Source: the human T2T-CHM13v2.0 reference genome, Homo sapiens
Direction: 5' to 3' (one strand)
DNA length: 64,000 nucleotides
NCBI RefSeq assembly: GCF_009914755.1
Contig: NC_060932.1
A program made the position numbers and the translations under genes. Shown one piece after another: positions 24,518 through 44,479 of this stretch. The notes under the pieces were generated by a model. The model was not told the origin of the DNA and did no database searches. It was given only the letters and a program-made list of their open reading frames with translations. Position 1 is the first letter of the stretch. Every line of letters begins with the position of its first letter.

Positions 24518-24803
24518 AGCCAGGTACGGTGGCTCACACATGTAATCCCAGCCCTTTGGGAGGCTGAGGCAAGAGAATCACTTGAGGTCAGGAGTTCAAG
24601 ACCAGCCTGGACAACAGAGTAAGACTCCAACTCTAAAATAAAAACTTTAAAAAAATTAGTTGGGTGTAGTGGTGTTCACCTGTGGTCCTAGCTGCTCAAA
24701 AGGCTGAGCCCATGAATTTGAGGCTGCAGTGAGCTGTGATGGTGTCACTGCACTCCTGCCTGGGTGACAGAGTGAGACCTTGTCTCGAAAAAATAAACAA
24801 AAA
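24518..24803 (+). mobile_element. AluJ-like
   Basis: Diverged Alu dimer. Confidence 0.9.
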
Positions 24804-24979
24804 TTTAAAACCAATAATTATAGTTAATGTTGTATTGTACACTGAAAATTTCCTAAGAGAGGTTTAAAGAACTAGTAATCATAAACATAGGAATCATTTC
24901 ACTATGTTTATGTTTATCAAAACATGTTGTATACCTTAAGTATTTTCAATACATTTAAAAGTAAAATTTAAATAAAAGA

Positions 24980-25890
<911 letters not shown>

Positions 25891-26716
25891 ACCAGGTTCC
25901 ACCATTCCAAGAGATAATGGGGAATGGGGTTATTGGAAGAAATAGGAGGAAAGGTGCCTACTGTAGGAAAAGGGAAAGAGAGAACAATATAAAAATCAAA
26001 TAAAACAATTCTGAATGTATTTATTGGTTAATAGGGAAAATTCCATTTACAAACATTTATTTTACAATCAGAACCCAAATGTCTCCAAGTTGAAAATGTG
26101 GTCACTTTAACAACATTGAACATTTCTCAGCTCTTATCTCTACCCTCTAATATTCCTATGCCTGGAAAGAACTCTAACAAGTATTTATGGAAATCCCTAG
26201 GGGTATCTAATAATGTTACCAGGAATTTTCCCTGCTCTTCAGCAGTGCTGCCACTGGTTACCACTTCATTCCTCAGCAATCCTACAGTCCCAGGTAATCA
26301 TGCATTTATCTAAACCCCTTGTTGCCACTAACTCTTCTGATTTTGTTGATGCAATGGAAATTTTTGAGGCCAAAGCTTCATGGTATTTTGTGAGAAGAAT
26401 ATGTTTTCCATCTTTTCTGTCATTATACTCGGATAGAGAGGAACCAAGGCTACACTACCTTACACCTGTAGAACTAAACAAAGACCAACCAAATGACAAA
26501 AGCAGAGGCGATTTGTTCTTAATTTGTTACAGCTAGACAGGTAAACACATTTCCCAAGTGATGCAGGTAGCAAAGAGATATTGCTGTGGCTTTTACTGAG
26601 GTAGAAGCAAAAATGAACGAACAAGAAGAAACATAATTTGAAGCAAACAGACATGAGCTTGAAACAAGGAAACTAAGACATGGAGTAATGGCTTTTGCAA
26701 GAACCTGATTAATATA

Positions 26717-26772
26717 TTCGGTTGGTGTCAAAGTAACTGGCAAAACTGCGATTAACTTCGGCAACAACCTAA
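26717..26772. mobile_element. MADE1-like mariner MITE, internally shortened
   Basis: ttcggttggtgtcaaagtaa...ttaacttcggcaacaacctaa inverted termini with TA on both sides. Confidence 0.75.
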
Positions 26773-27009
26773 TACAAAATTAAATAGACCTACAATGTAA
26801 TGAAAAAAGAACAGCACACCTGTTATGTGTTCTAGGATCAGCCGTTCAAACAAAATTTATAGAGAATCTCTTTGTACTAAGAGTTTCACTTCTAGACAAA
26901 TATATACCAGGTACAAAGCAAAGAGATGAAAACACCTAGGCTTTCCCAGAAACATGGGTGATTTTTACCATTTCTGGGCGTTTTTTCCCCTGTAAAATGG
27001 AAATAATAT

Positions 27010-27480
27010 ATGTGGAAATAAAGAAAGATCGCCAAAACTGGAACGGGCAGAGGCTCTTTATTCCAAGCTTGGAAGGGAGTCAGCCACCATCACTTGCATT
27101 TTGTCAGAGGCCAAAGGCAGGCAGAGGAGTGGGAAAGCTTTACAGTGGGAAGAGGGAAGGCACCAGTATGCCTTGTATGAAGCCCGCTGGTGTGGGAAAG
27201 CTGCAGGTGGGCTAAGTAGAAATGGGGCATCCTGTGCAATTTATTATGTTTGGCTTTCTCTGATTTGTCCAAAGCTGGAAGTGGGGACAAAAATTAGGGA
27301 GGCTGTCAGTTATGAATCTAGTCCTGGCCATTCTGAGCCAAATGTTACAGAATATATTATTAGTTATTAGTTTGGCATCCTGGATTGTCACTAGAGATAG
27401 CAATTTGGTCTTCTGTAAGCCTGACTTACAGCAGCCTGGCTTCCGGTTTTGTTTTCTTTCCAACCTGTAAAATTAGCTTC
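27010..27480. mobile_element. Degenerate LTR-like element, interrupted by L1
   Basis: ctttatt (antisense poly(A) signal) and LTR-like composition. Family not assigned. Confidence 0.4.
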
Positions 27481-27486
27481 TTTGTA

Positions 27487-27925
27487 TTTTTTTTTTTTTT
27501 AATTTTTAAGTTCTGGGTTACATGGACAGAACGTGCAGTTTTGTTACATGGATATATGTGTGCCATGGTGGTTTGCCGCTCCTATCTACCTGTCATCTAG
27601 GTTTTAAGCCCCGCACGCGTTAGTCATTTGTCCTGCTCTCCCTCCCCTCACTCCGTAGCCCTTGAGAGGCTCTGGTGTGTGATGTTCCCCTCCCTGTGTC
27701 CATGTGTTCTCGTTGTTCAACTCCCAAGTGTGACTGAGAACATGCAGTATTTGGTTTTCCGTTCCTGTGTTAGTTTGCTGAGGATGATGGCTTCCAGCTT
27801 CATCCATGTCCCTGCAAAGGACATGATCTCATTCCTTTTTATGGCTGCATAATATTCCGTGGTGTATATGTAGCACATTTTCTTTATTCAGTCTATTCTT
27901 GATGGGCATTTGGGTTGGTTCCTTA
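27487..27925 (-). mobile_element. L1PA-type 3' end
   Basis: Poly-T, tttaagttctgggttacatg...gtgtgatgttcccctccctgtgtccatgtg. Confidence 0.92.
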
Positions 27926-28049
27926 TTTTAATTGTCAATAGTAGTTGGTTACCGGGCCAGGTTAGTGTAGGTTATGAGTCAAAATTCTATTTTTATATAT
28001 GATCTGGACATTTTCTGTTTGTATATTCACTTTCTCTCACACTCTAATG

Positions 28050-29590
<1,541 letters not shown>

Positions 29591-29640
29591 TATGTTTGTT
29601 TTGTTATTGTATTAGTTTGTTTCAAGGAAGTATTTTAAAG

Positions 29641-29989
29641 CAGCAGTCCCCAACATTTTTTACGGTAGGGACCAGTTTCACAGAAGACAATTTTTCCATG
29701 GATGGGGTTAGGGGAGGTGGGGCGGAGGTCGGGGGATGGTTTTGGGATGAAACTGTTCCACCTCAGATCATCAGGCATTAGATTCTCATAAACTAGATCC
29801 CTTGCACGTGCAGTTCACAGTAAGTTTCATGCTCCTATGAGAATTGCTGGTGCTGATCTGACAGGAGGCGGAGCTCAAGGGGTCATGCTCACTCCCCTGA
29901 AGTTCACCTCCTACTGTGCAGCCCGTACGTAATAGGTTCCTAACAGGCCACGACCAGTAGTGGTCCAGGGGTTGGGTTGCGGACCCCTG
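29641..29989. mobile_element. MER1B-like hAT DNA transposon
   Basis: Termini cagcagtccccaac...gttgcggacccctg. 8-bp TSD TTTTAAAG at 29633-29640 and 29990-29997. Confidence 0.88.
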
Positions 29990-30514
29990 TTTTAAAGCAT
30001 ATGGGAAGAATCCATGTAAGTCAGAGATATTGGATTTATAAAAAGTAAGTGATAATTCAAAAATTGAGGTGCCTAAAGAAAAAAATAAAAAACGTCTTTA
30101 ATGGCTTGCATAGAAATGTTTTCCTGAATTACAGCAGCATTCTCCTCTGCCCCCAAAGCCTCACAAGGCTGATCTTTCTGCCTGGAAATCATCCCTGAGC
30201 TGATTGCTACCCTCCTCCCACTGCGTTAGAAGCCTTTCTTATTACTCTCTGTACTTTTTCATGGCACTTTGCCCTCCTTGAATCATTTCATTAATTACTT
30301 GTAAAAGTTTGTTTAATGTCCATGAACACAGTGACCTCATCAGTTCTATTCTCTACCATATCTTAATGTTTGACAAAGTAGTTAGCCACACCTACTCACA
30401 CTGGCACTAATTTGAGTATGAATTGCTGCCAGTAGGATTATTTAGAACTAAATATATATGATATAATTTAATGGCCATGTCAATCCCAGCCTGTGGCTAT
30501 TTATATATGGATAC

Positions 30515-30875
30515 TTACATGTGGAGCCTAGAAAGGTTTAACTCTCAGAAACAAAGAGTAGAATGGTGATAACCAGAGACTTTAGGGAATGGGGAGATGT
30601 TGGTCAAAGAACACAGAATTTCAGTTACACAGGAGGAATAAATTCAAGAGATTTATTGTGTATCAGAGTGACCACAGTTAATGATAATATATTCGACACT
30701 TGAAAATTGCTAAGAAAGTAGATTTTAAGTGCTCTCACCACAGAAGTCTGGAATGTAAGGTAATGTATATGTTAAATAGCTTGATTTAGCCATTCCACAA
30801 TGTATACACACAACAGAACATGTTGTACACCGTAAATACCATATATGCATTTTTTACTTGTCAGTTTAAAAACAA
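30515..30875 (+). mobile_element. L1MA-type 3' end
   Basis: gagtagaatggtgataaccagag...gaaaattgctaagaaagtagattttaagtg. Confidence 0.85.
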
Positions 30876-31922
30876 GAATGACTCACATTGTCACTAAATT
30901 ACAATGTCTGAGGTGGTACAAGTCTTTCATTTTCATAGGAAAAAATGGCCAAAGTGACTGATTTTACGAAAGTGAATAGGTAAAATACATCGAATAAAGT
31001 TGAAAGAATATAGGGCTCTTCTAACATAAATACAATTTTCTTGATTTTTCCTGGTTTAATCTGTTAGGTGAGGGAAGAGGTCTTAATATTCAGAATGTAA
31101 TTTCCAGAAGTGACAGTTTTATTACATTTTAAATAGATACAAGACACATCATATGATTGCATGTGTATAAAACATAGCCATAAAATAAAAAGTTTAAAAA
31201 ATTGAAAAATACCATTGTGGTATGTTTCAACTTTCCATTTAGAATTGGAACTGCTGGGTTAAAGGGGTACACCTCTCTGGCATTACTAGATATTGTCAAA
31301 TTATTTTCCAAAGTAGTTGTTCACATTCATACTCTCCACCAACTCTGTACAAGGGTCCCTCTGCTCCAAATTCTCAGATGTTTTTCACCTTTTCATTTGT
31401 AGTAGTCATATTCTCTTGAGTAAGGTATGATAAGACCCAATGCATATCAAGAGAGACATGGGGAATATTTTAAGGTTTTATTACATTTGTATTTTCCTGG
31501 AGAGAATACAGCACATAGCTTTATTGTGATCTCTCTGGAAAGGGTAGGATGAGGCAGGGCAAGTAGATTTAAGATTGACTATGTTGGAAAGTGGTCTGCC
31601 TGTGAAGTTCATGTTCACTATGACATATACAGCTTAAAGCCATCTAAGGGCTCCAAATATGTGTGGATAAGTCATAATTTGCTTAGAGGTAGCGAATAGG
31701 CTTTTAGATGGATGTTAAAACATTAATTTACAGAAGTAAAAAGTATGGCTATTAGTCTGGTGTTATTAATATGGTGAGTATTTTACTTGAATTTACATTT
31801 TAATGAGTACTGAACTGATGGAATATCTTTCCATATATTTATGAACACTGCTATTTCATTTGTGAGATGCTGACTCAAGTTCTTTGACTGTTTTTATTGG
31901 GTTAGATTTTTTTATTTGTTGA

Positions 31923-33140
<1,218 letters not shown>

Positions 33141-33289
33141 TTATTTCAGGAAGTTATAGATATGGCTCAACTCCTAGATTCAAGTGTTTCTGTGAAGATA
33201 TCAGCTCTCAATCTAATTGTCTCTTGTTTTAGATTATTGTAAGTATACTTTTGAGATTTTACACTTTTGCCTCTGAAGTTCATTATGTC

Positions 33290-33495
33290 ATGCCTTCTGC
33301 CTTGTCCTCCCAAGTAGCTGGGACCACAGGTTTGCACCACCATACTCAGCTACGTTTTTTAGTTTTTTGTAGAGATAGGGTTTCACTATATTGCTCAGTC
33401 TGGTCTCAAACTCTTGGGTTCATGCAGTCCTCTCTCCTTGGCTTCTCCCTTCTTGGCTTACTAGGATTCCAGGTGTGAGCCACTGTGCCCAGCCT
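33290..33495 (-). mobile_element. Partial AluJ-like
   Basis: cctcccaagtagctgggaccacagg...gtgtgagccactgtgcccagcc. Confidence 0.8.
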
Positions 33496-35489
33496 CTCTG
33501 CACAATTAATTTCTTTTTCTCTGACAAAGTAGAGGAAGGTAAGTCTCATTGCTGTACTCTTCTCAGGAGAGTATTTCCAATTTGCTTCTACACCAGAGAT
33601 GTAGCATTTGGAAACCCAGCCTTATGAGAGGGTTTTCTATTACTATCTGCACCTTGGATGTGCTCTAAGCTTATCTTCTGCTCCCCTCATTCCTCAGCCA
33701 GGACAATAACAGAAGCCCAAAGTTCCCAAAGTTTGGCTCAGGCCATCAGTGCTCACTGACTGTCCTTGACTCTTGCTTTCACTTTGTTTTCCACTGGTGT
33801 ATATTTCCTATTTTCTTTTCTGCTCAGAAATTGTTTTAAATTTATTTTTAAAGAATGTTTTAATCCAGCCCTTAAAATTCCTTTTGGTGCAGTGGTTGTT
33901 AAAAAAGTCTGGTCTAGTGTCCTGCTGGAAATGGGAATCTAACCATGGCTTTTTTTTTTTAACCTGGTGTTGAGACGGGAGCTGGTCTTTGACTTTACCC
34001 AAATTATGAGCAACTGTTTCTTACTGGAGAAGTCAAGTATAAGCATTAAAATAGACAGGTACTGGTTGTGAAAAACCGCATCATTGTTCCTTAGGTATAC
34101 TTAAAACTTCATTTATAACTGCCCCCTCCAAAAATATCTACCGATTATATCATCCACTCTCTCCCACTTCGAAGTGATTAAGATGAATTGAGATTAATGC
34201 GAGGAACGAAACAGGAGTGTGATTGGCCACGGGAGAAGCATGTTCTCAGTACAGCCTGTTCACTGTCCCTGTAATTGCCAGATGTAATGAAGTACTTGAA
34301 TATTACTCATTTTTTTCTCCTGGCAAAACCAAGAAAATTATTTTCTTGCCAGTGTAAGAAACGTCTACTTCTAAGTTTTTAGATTTGTTCTTTGCCGTTT
34401 TGCTCTTTCAGGGCTGCATGAGAAAGTCCTGCCACTGGTGATATTAGACTGGCTCCATTTTGTTTTAATGATAAATTAGACCTATGGTCCTATTTGATGG
34501 ACACTTTACCTCTTTATTACTATTTACTACTTCATGATGCCAAGGCTGTGTCTAATTTGCAAACTGGAATATTGGCTGCTGTTCTTTTGCTTCTTTCTGT
34601 TTAACCTACTGATTCTGGATGCCTGAACTTCTGGTCCTCCAATATCGTAAAAGGGTCACATGTGTATGTCTGTAATATCTGTTTCTTCTGTTTTTGTTTG
34701 ATCATTTGTTTTTTAATTTCACTGTGAGTAGTAAGTACAGTCATGGGGACTAAATTACTGTGTACAGTAGTAGGGCTCTTCAACGGAAAAGCTTCCAAGG
34801 CTGTCAGGACACGATGCAAATGCCCAGGCAGGCCATGTGTGAGGCAACAGGGCTATGTGGAGTCATGGGCAACAGGGCCTCATCGCCTTTAAGGGCATTG
34901 AAATAAAACTTTTAAGAAGCACTCTGAAGGTTTTGGAATATGCTCTTGATGCCAGTGCATGACCCCTCAATAATGGGGCCTTTAAACCCTGTTTTTTTTC
35001 TTTCAGAAGGACACATGTGATTGTCCAAGTGTTCTCCATGCACACAGATAAGTCTGGGTGGGAATGTAACCGAAAGACTTTTTCAAGTAGAGAGAACAAC
35101 TTTTCCGCATCCCTTCAACTATCTAGCTTTGCATTGGAAGTGTCTCTGTGCTTCAAGAAGCATCTTCTCTACATTCAGGAAGTTCACCTTGTTCTGCAGG
35201 TAATTGGCTTCAGGCTCAGAGCTGCCATTGCAGATGAAATATGACTTTTTACACTTACTCTCGAGAATAACATGATTTACACATGTTTTTCTTCTTTTAC
35301 ATAATGAGGTTACAGGATGAGTTGGACCAATTCTCACCCTAATCGTAAGACTCAGAAAAGGAAACTTTCCCCGCGTACCAGTCCACTCTTTGCCTAAAGC
35401 TCTTGGTCCTCATGATTAGATATCTAACCTGGCCTAAAAAGCAAACATGGCTCCTTGCACAAAACATAAATCTAGATTTAACAGTTTCT

Positions 35490-35850
35490 TAGTTCATAGT
35501 CTACTATCACTACAAAATAAATTATCCCCGAACTCGAGAGCTTAAAACAACCAATATTTATTACCTCATCGTTCCCATAGGTCAGGAATAGTTTACATGA
35601 AGAGCTCTGGCTCAATGTCTCTCCTGAGGTTGTAATCAAGATGTTGGGTGGGTGCTGCAGTTCATCTGAAAGCTCAATTTGGGGAGGATTTTCTTCCAAA
35701 CTCCCTCATATGGCTGTTGACTGGCTTCAGTTGCTCTCTAGCTGTTGGCTGGAGACCAGTTCCTTATACCCCCAAAATCAATGAAACAAAGTAATAAATT
35801 GTTCCTGTTTTAAGCCACCTGCTACTCAGCAGTAGGTAATTAACGGTGTA
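35490..35850. mobile_element. MLT1 (MaLR) LTR fragments
   Basis: gcttaaaacaac...atttatta...ggtcaggaat (antisense 3' end), then aataaattgttcctgttttaagccac (sense 3' end). Confidence 0.65.
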
Positions 35851-36239
35851 CCCCAATCTCTTGATGTGTCGTTTTCAAGCTGGGGCCTTAGCTATACCAG
35901 TATCCCACCAGACTGGCAGAGTATGGCAAACCTCCACCTGACAAGTCATCCTGACAACCTCATGCTCAGTCTCTGCTACTCTCACAGTCAGATCTCAGAC
36001 CTGATTTTTAGCATAGTTTAAGTTTAAGCTTGAGAAGATTCATTGAGCACTGCTGTGAAGATCTTCTGTTTCATGCTGCACAAGAAATTTATTCTTGGCA
36101 GAACTGAGACCATCGCTCTCTTTCTTCACACTTAACCACCAGGAATTAAGTCCTTGTTGCCCCCTGGCCAGAATGTGATCCATGTGAGAACTGCTCTCAG
36201 TACCAACTGTCTCAGCCATTAAAAAGCTATGGTCAAACA

Positions 36240-39870
<3,631 letters not shown>

Positions 39871-40049
39871 ATAATGCTAATAATGGCTATTTTGAAGGCT
39901 TTTTCTGGCAAACTTGACATCTGGTCACTCTCACAGTCCATTTCTGTTACCTGCTTTTTTCCAGTGTATGGTTTATACTCTCCTATTTTTCTATATGGTG
40001 TGCATTTTTTTTTTTGTTGAAAACTAGACAGAAAAAATAAGTCTGGTGC

Positions 40050-40570
40050 AAGAAAGAAGGATGGGCATGGTGGAAATGAGTTCATGCTGAGATGATTTAG
40101 GACACTTTTGCAATAGTCCAAGAGATAAGCGATGGGAACCTGAACCAAGGTTGAGTTGGTGGGACTAGAGAAAAACAAGAGGATTAGAGCAATATCTAAG
40201 AGGCAGGATCAAAAGAATTTGGTATCTAACCATATGTGGAGAAGGCCAGAGAAGGAGGCATTGAGGGACACTCTCGGGATTCAGACTTGGTGACTGAGTG
40301 GGTAAATGGTTGTATTGTTAAGCAGGAGAGAGAAGGTGAGGAGTCAGCCTAAATAATGGGTTCAGTTTAGAAAATGTTAAAGTGAAGCATACAGAAAAAT
40401 CCAAGTTTAATATCTATTTGGCATTTGAATATATGGATCTGGAATGCAGGATAGAAAGTCCAGCTCAAGATAAAGACTTTGATATCAGTATCATACATGG
40501 TATGATGTTAAAGACATCAGATTGGTGAAACTGTTGAGGGAGCTCATGTAGAGCTAATGCAGTGTAGTGA
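40050..40570 (-). mobile_element. L2 fragment
   Basis: ttgcaatagtccaagagataagcgatgg...gagcaatatctaagaggcaggatcaaaagaatttgg. Confidence 0.6.
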
Positions 40571-40732
40571 AGCTGCACCTGGAGTCACCCAGGATGCTTT
40601 AAAAAATAATAAGGCCAGGGTCTTAATCCCCTAGATATTACGTTGTAATTGAGTTGGGATGTTGCCTGAACACTGAGATTCTTTAAGTGCCCCAGGTGAT
40701 TGTAATGTTGAGCCAAAGCTGAGAACTACCAT
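40570..40732. mobile_element. MER5-like hAT relic
   Basis: ccccaggtgattgtaatgttgagccaaagctgagaactac. Confidence 0.65.
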
Positions 40733-40759
40733 TCACAATTGCCCATTTCTTACCCTCTG

Positions 40760-41110
40760 CTTGGCCTTAACCAAACTTCAGAGAGGCTTTTCTCCTCCCC
40801 AAAGGACATTGAACTTTACCTTACTCTCAATTCAAGTATGCACCCTTATCAGCTTATCTCAAGAATTGTCTAACCGCAGCAAGACACTTCCAGCCAAACC
40901 AGGTCATGCATTCTGCTTACTATGCCTCATCTACTCAACCTAACTTTGCTGCTGACCTTCCCCACCACCATATAGAAGAAAAGCCATTTTTTTTTCTGTT
41001 TAATTTTGAGTTGTTTGCAGATTTCTGAGATGAGAGCATTCTCCCTATTGCAATAGTCTTTTTAAGTAGAGTTTCTTCTTATCTAACACTGGATTTGTTT
41101 TTATTTGACA
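40760..41110 (+). mobile_element. ERV1-type LTR relic
   Basis: ctccctattgcaatagtc...tttttatttgaca is a typical LTR R/U5 end. Confidence 0.55.
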
Positions 41111-42024
41111 ACTGGTATAAGGCAAGAAGGTCAGGACACTACAAATCAGTTTTTATAAAGCAGAAAGAAGGGAAGAATCAGAAAAAGAGGCTGAGAATTG
41201 ATGAGCAGAGGGGTTGGAGGAAGAGTACAAGAATGAGAAATGTGGATGGAATAACCTGGTATGGGATTCCAAACTTTACAGTAAAGTTGTTTGGAATGTA
41301 CATATTGAAATTCTTCTTTGTATCTCAAATGGCTACCTGAGTGTGTGCTGTTCTGATGAGGACATGACAAGAATGGAAGGAAAAGGTCTACGATCTCATG
41401 GGCAGGGTCTACAGAAGAGAGACCCCATTATATGTCATCTTTAGCAGAACAAAGAATGACCTTGGAGTGCCACTGGAGGAACACCCTGAGTTCTACTGAT
41501 TACCCTCAAGTACCTGGAAGGCCTTCCATACTTCTGCTGGGTTAGGTTACCCATTTAGGGCTTGCTTGGGACACTCGTCATTTTATGCCTCCACCACAGT
41601 GCAATTCCAGACTGTTCCTAAAATAAGATCTAAAAAATGTTCAAAATATGCAGAGAATGCATGACCCTCATGGTGAGCAGCCAGCAACCAAGCAGCACAA
41701 AGTGGGGAGCCCGTCTGGTGGAAAAGGTGCACAGTATTGGCAGCTGCTGAGCACTTCATCTCTTGCATTCAATCCATCCCACAGTATATCAATTACAACT
41801 TCTCCAACAGTTTTTTCTCCATAGAAAATTTCTACCAAGGTGGTATCCCAATGTGTGGAGAGGCTCAGCTTCAGATTTTCATTATTTCTACCATGTTCGA
41901 ACAAATATGTTAAAATAATAAACTTTGTTCCTCAATGTTTATTTTTAGAAAGTTTCCTTTTAAGGAACTTCTAAAAATTTTAAGAATATTCTTAGCTCAG
42001 ATGCTTGAATAAAGATATTCCAAC

Positions 42025-44420
42025 TGATGGCAGCACAATGGTGGAATAAGAGTTCTCTGGCTTTGCAGCCCACCCCACCCCACCCCACAGAAATCCAGCC
42101 AGCAACTATCCAAAGGCAGGAATACCATCCTCAATATCCCAGAACTCAGTAGTGAGGTTCAGAATACCCCTTGGAACACAGAACCAAGAAAAGCCATGAT
42201 CAAACATTAAGAAAAATGGTTCTCTTTGACTGTGCTGCCCTCCTCCCCCAAGCTGGAAGAGTCACCCATAGAGAATTCCCCTGGGACCACAGTTTCTACA
42301 GCAGTAAACCTGACTTGGAGGTAGACATTTAGCTTCCCCATCACTGTGGGACCCTTTGCAGGAGGCCCACTACTGTCTCGTCCCATAAGACACATTAGGA
42401 GTACTGGTAAAGCTAGACCACCCGGAGTCAGTTAGAAACAAAGAATGAGGATGGGGCTCATAGGGACCAGCACAGGAATCTCGCTGCTTGTTCTGCATTC
42501 TAGCTAGTGGAGGCACCATACCAGAGAAACTACCCAATAGCATCAAGCCGCAGTAAACACAGTTTATGAGTCTTCCAGACTCAAATCTCTACCCAGCTTT
42601 CCTCATACAGCCTGTGTGATTTCATTGTCTTCCCCAGGTTAAGAGGCAACTTTAGGTGAGTGACTACCTGCAGAGGGAGGATCTGGCCCTATCCAACCCT
42701 AGTCATGAAGAAGTGATCCAACAAAGTTCTGGTACTTGCATTAAATCTTCCCCAGGCTGAGAAGTAACTGGAGATCAGTGATTTGCAGAGGCAGCATCTG
42801 GTTTTGCCCAAACCTAGCAGTAGAGAGGTGATCTAACTAAGCCCTAGTGCTCTCCTTAAGTCTTCCCTAAGCCAGGAGGCAATGGTAGGTTAGCAATTAC
42901 CCACACGGGAAAGAATCTGGTCTTGCCCAACCCCAGCTGCAGAGTGATGATTCCACCAAGCCTCAGTGCTCTGTTTGAATATACCCTAGACCAGGAGGCA
43001 AGCCCAAGTCCATACATATCCATGGAGCATAGGCTCTGGCCCTTACCACCCTATGTAGCTAAGCAAAAACATTAGAGACCTCACCTAGCCTCAGAATCCA
43101 TCACACAGCCACGCATAGCTACAGATTCCAGACAACAGCACTGCTTACCCAGGAAAGACAATCTACAATTCTCCCCCATCAGGGACAATTGCAAAACCAA
43201 GCCAGCAATCCCACCTTGCATCAGAGTCCAGTCAGTGGTCTCACCGGACCTCGGAGCTCAGCCAACAATAACACTTCACCTCAGAGAATAGGATGTGACC
43301 CAGCCCAATTACAAAACCTTACACCAAGATATGCCTGTCCAGTGTTGCTGTCAGCCAGCCCACTCAGAATCTCAAGCTACACTAAATAGTAAATATCTAT
43401 CTCCACCAAAGAACAACTGCAAAGTCCAGAAGAAATGGCGGTCTCCCCAAATGTGCAGCCATCAGTGTAAAAACATAAGGATTATAAAATATTAGGGAAA
43501 TATGATACCAACAAAAGAAATTAATAAAGCTCCAGTAATGAACTCGGAAGAAATGGAGATTTATGAAATGACTGACAAAGAATTCAGATTAATCCTCTTA
43601 GAGAAGTTCTGGGAACTACAAGAACACACAGATAGAAAATTAAATAAAATCTGAAAAATAATTCATGAACAAAATGAGAGGGTTTTTTTTTTTACAAGGA
43701 AATAGAAACAATAAAAAGCAAAATGGAAATCCTAGACATAAAGAATAAGTGAACTAGCAAATTTAATAGAAAATATCAATAGCAAATTGACCAAGCAGAA
43801 AAAAGAACTGGTGAGCTCAAAAACAAGACGTTTGACATTATCCTATCAGAGGAGCAAAAAGAATAAAAAAGAATAAAGAAGTTCTCAAGGAATTATGGAA
43901 TGCCATCAAGTGAACTAAACTTCACATAGTAAAAGTTCTTGAAGATAGAGTAAAAGGCTTGGGAAGCATATTTAAGCAAATAATGGCTTAAAATTTCCCA
44001 AATCTTGGGAAAGATGACAACATCCAGAAAGCTCAGAGGTTGCCAATCTAATTTAACCCAGAGAAAAGTTAACCAAGACACATCATAATCAAATTAGTAA
44101 AAAACAAAGACAAAAAAGACTACTGAAAGCAGCAGAGATAAGAAACATATCACACTCAAAAGAGCCCTAATATGGTTTTCAGTGTATTTCTCAGCAGAAA
44201 CCCTGTAGGCCAGGAGAGAATGGGATAACATAGTCAAAGTGCCAAAGTAAAAAAAGAAAACTTGCCAAACAAAAATACTTTACTTAGCAAAGCAGTCTTT
44301 AAAAAATAAAGGAGAAATAAAAACTTTTTCAGACAATCAAAAGTTGAGAGAGTTCACTACTAGGCATGCTTTACAGGGATTGCTAAAGGGCATTCTTAAG
44401 CTGAGATAAAAGGCCACTAA
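42025..44420 (+). mobile_element. Old L1 5' UTR and ORF1 relic
   Basis: gaaatgactgacaaagaattcag, ccaagacacatcataatcaaa, tttctcagcagaaaccctgtaggccaggagagaatggg are ORF1 hallmarks. Confidence 0.85.
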
Positions 44421-44479
44421 TTGAAGAGATAGTGTGTCACTCCCAAGGTTTAGGTTTTAAAAGGACGGTGGTTTCTATT

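Noticed and set aside
34330-34348. Short palindromes (CAAGAAAAT-T-ATTTTCTTG; also AACTTTAC-A-GTAAAGTT at 41272-41288)
   Set aside because: 8-9 bp AT-rich arms are expected by chance in 64 kb.
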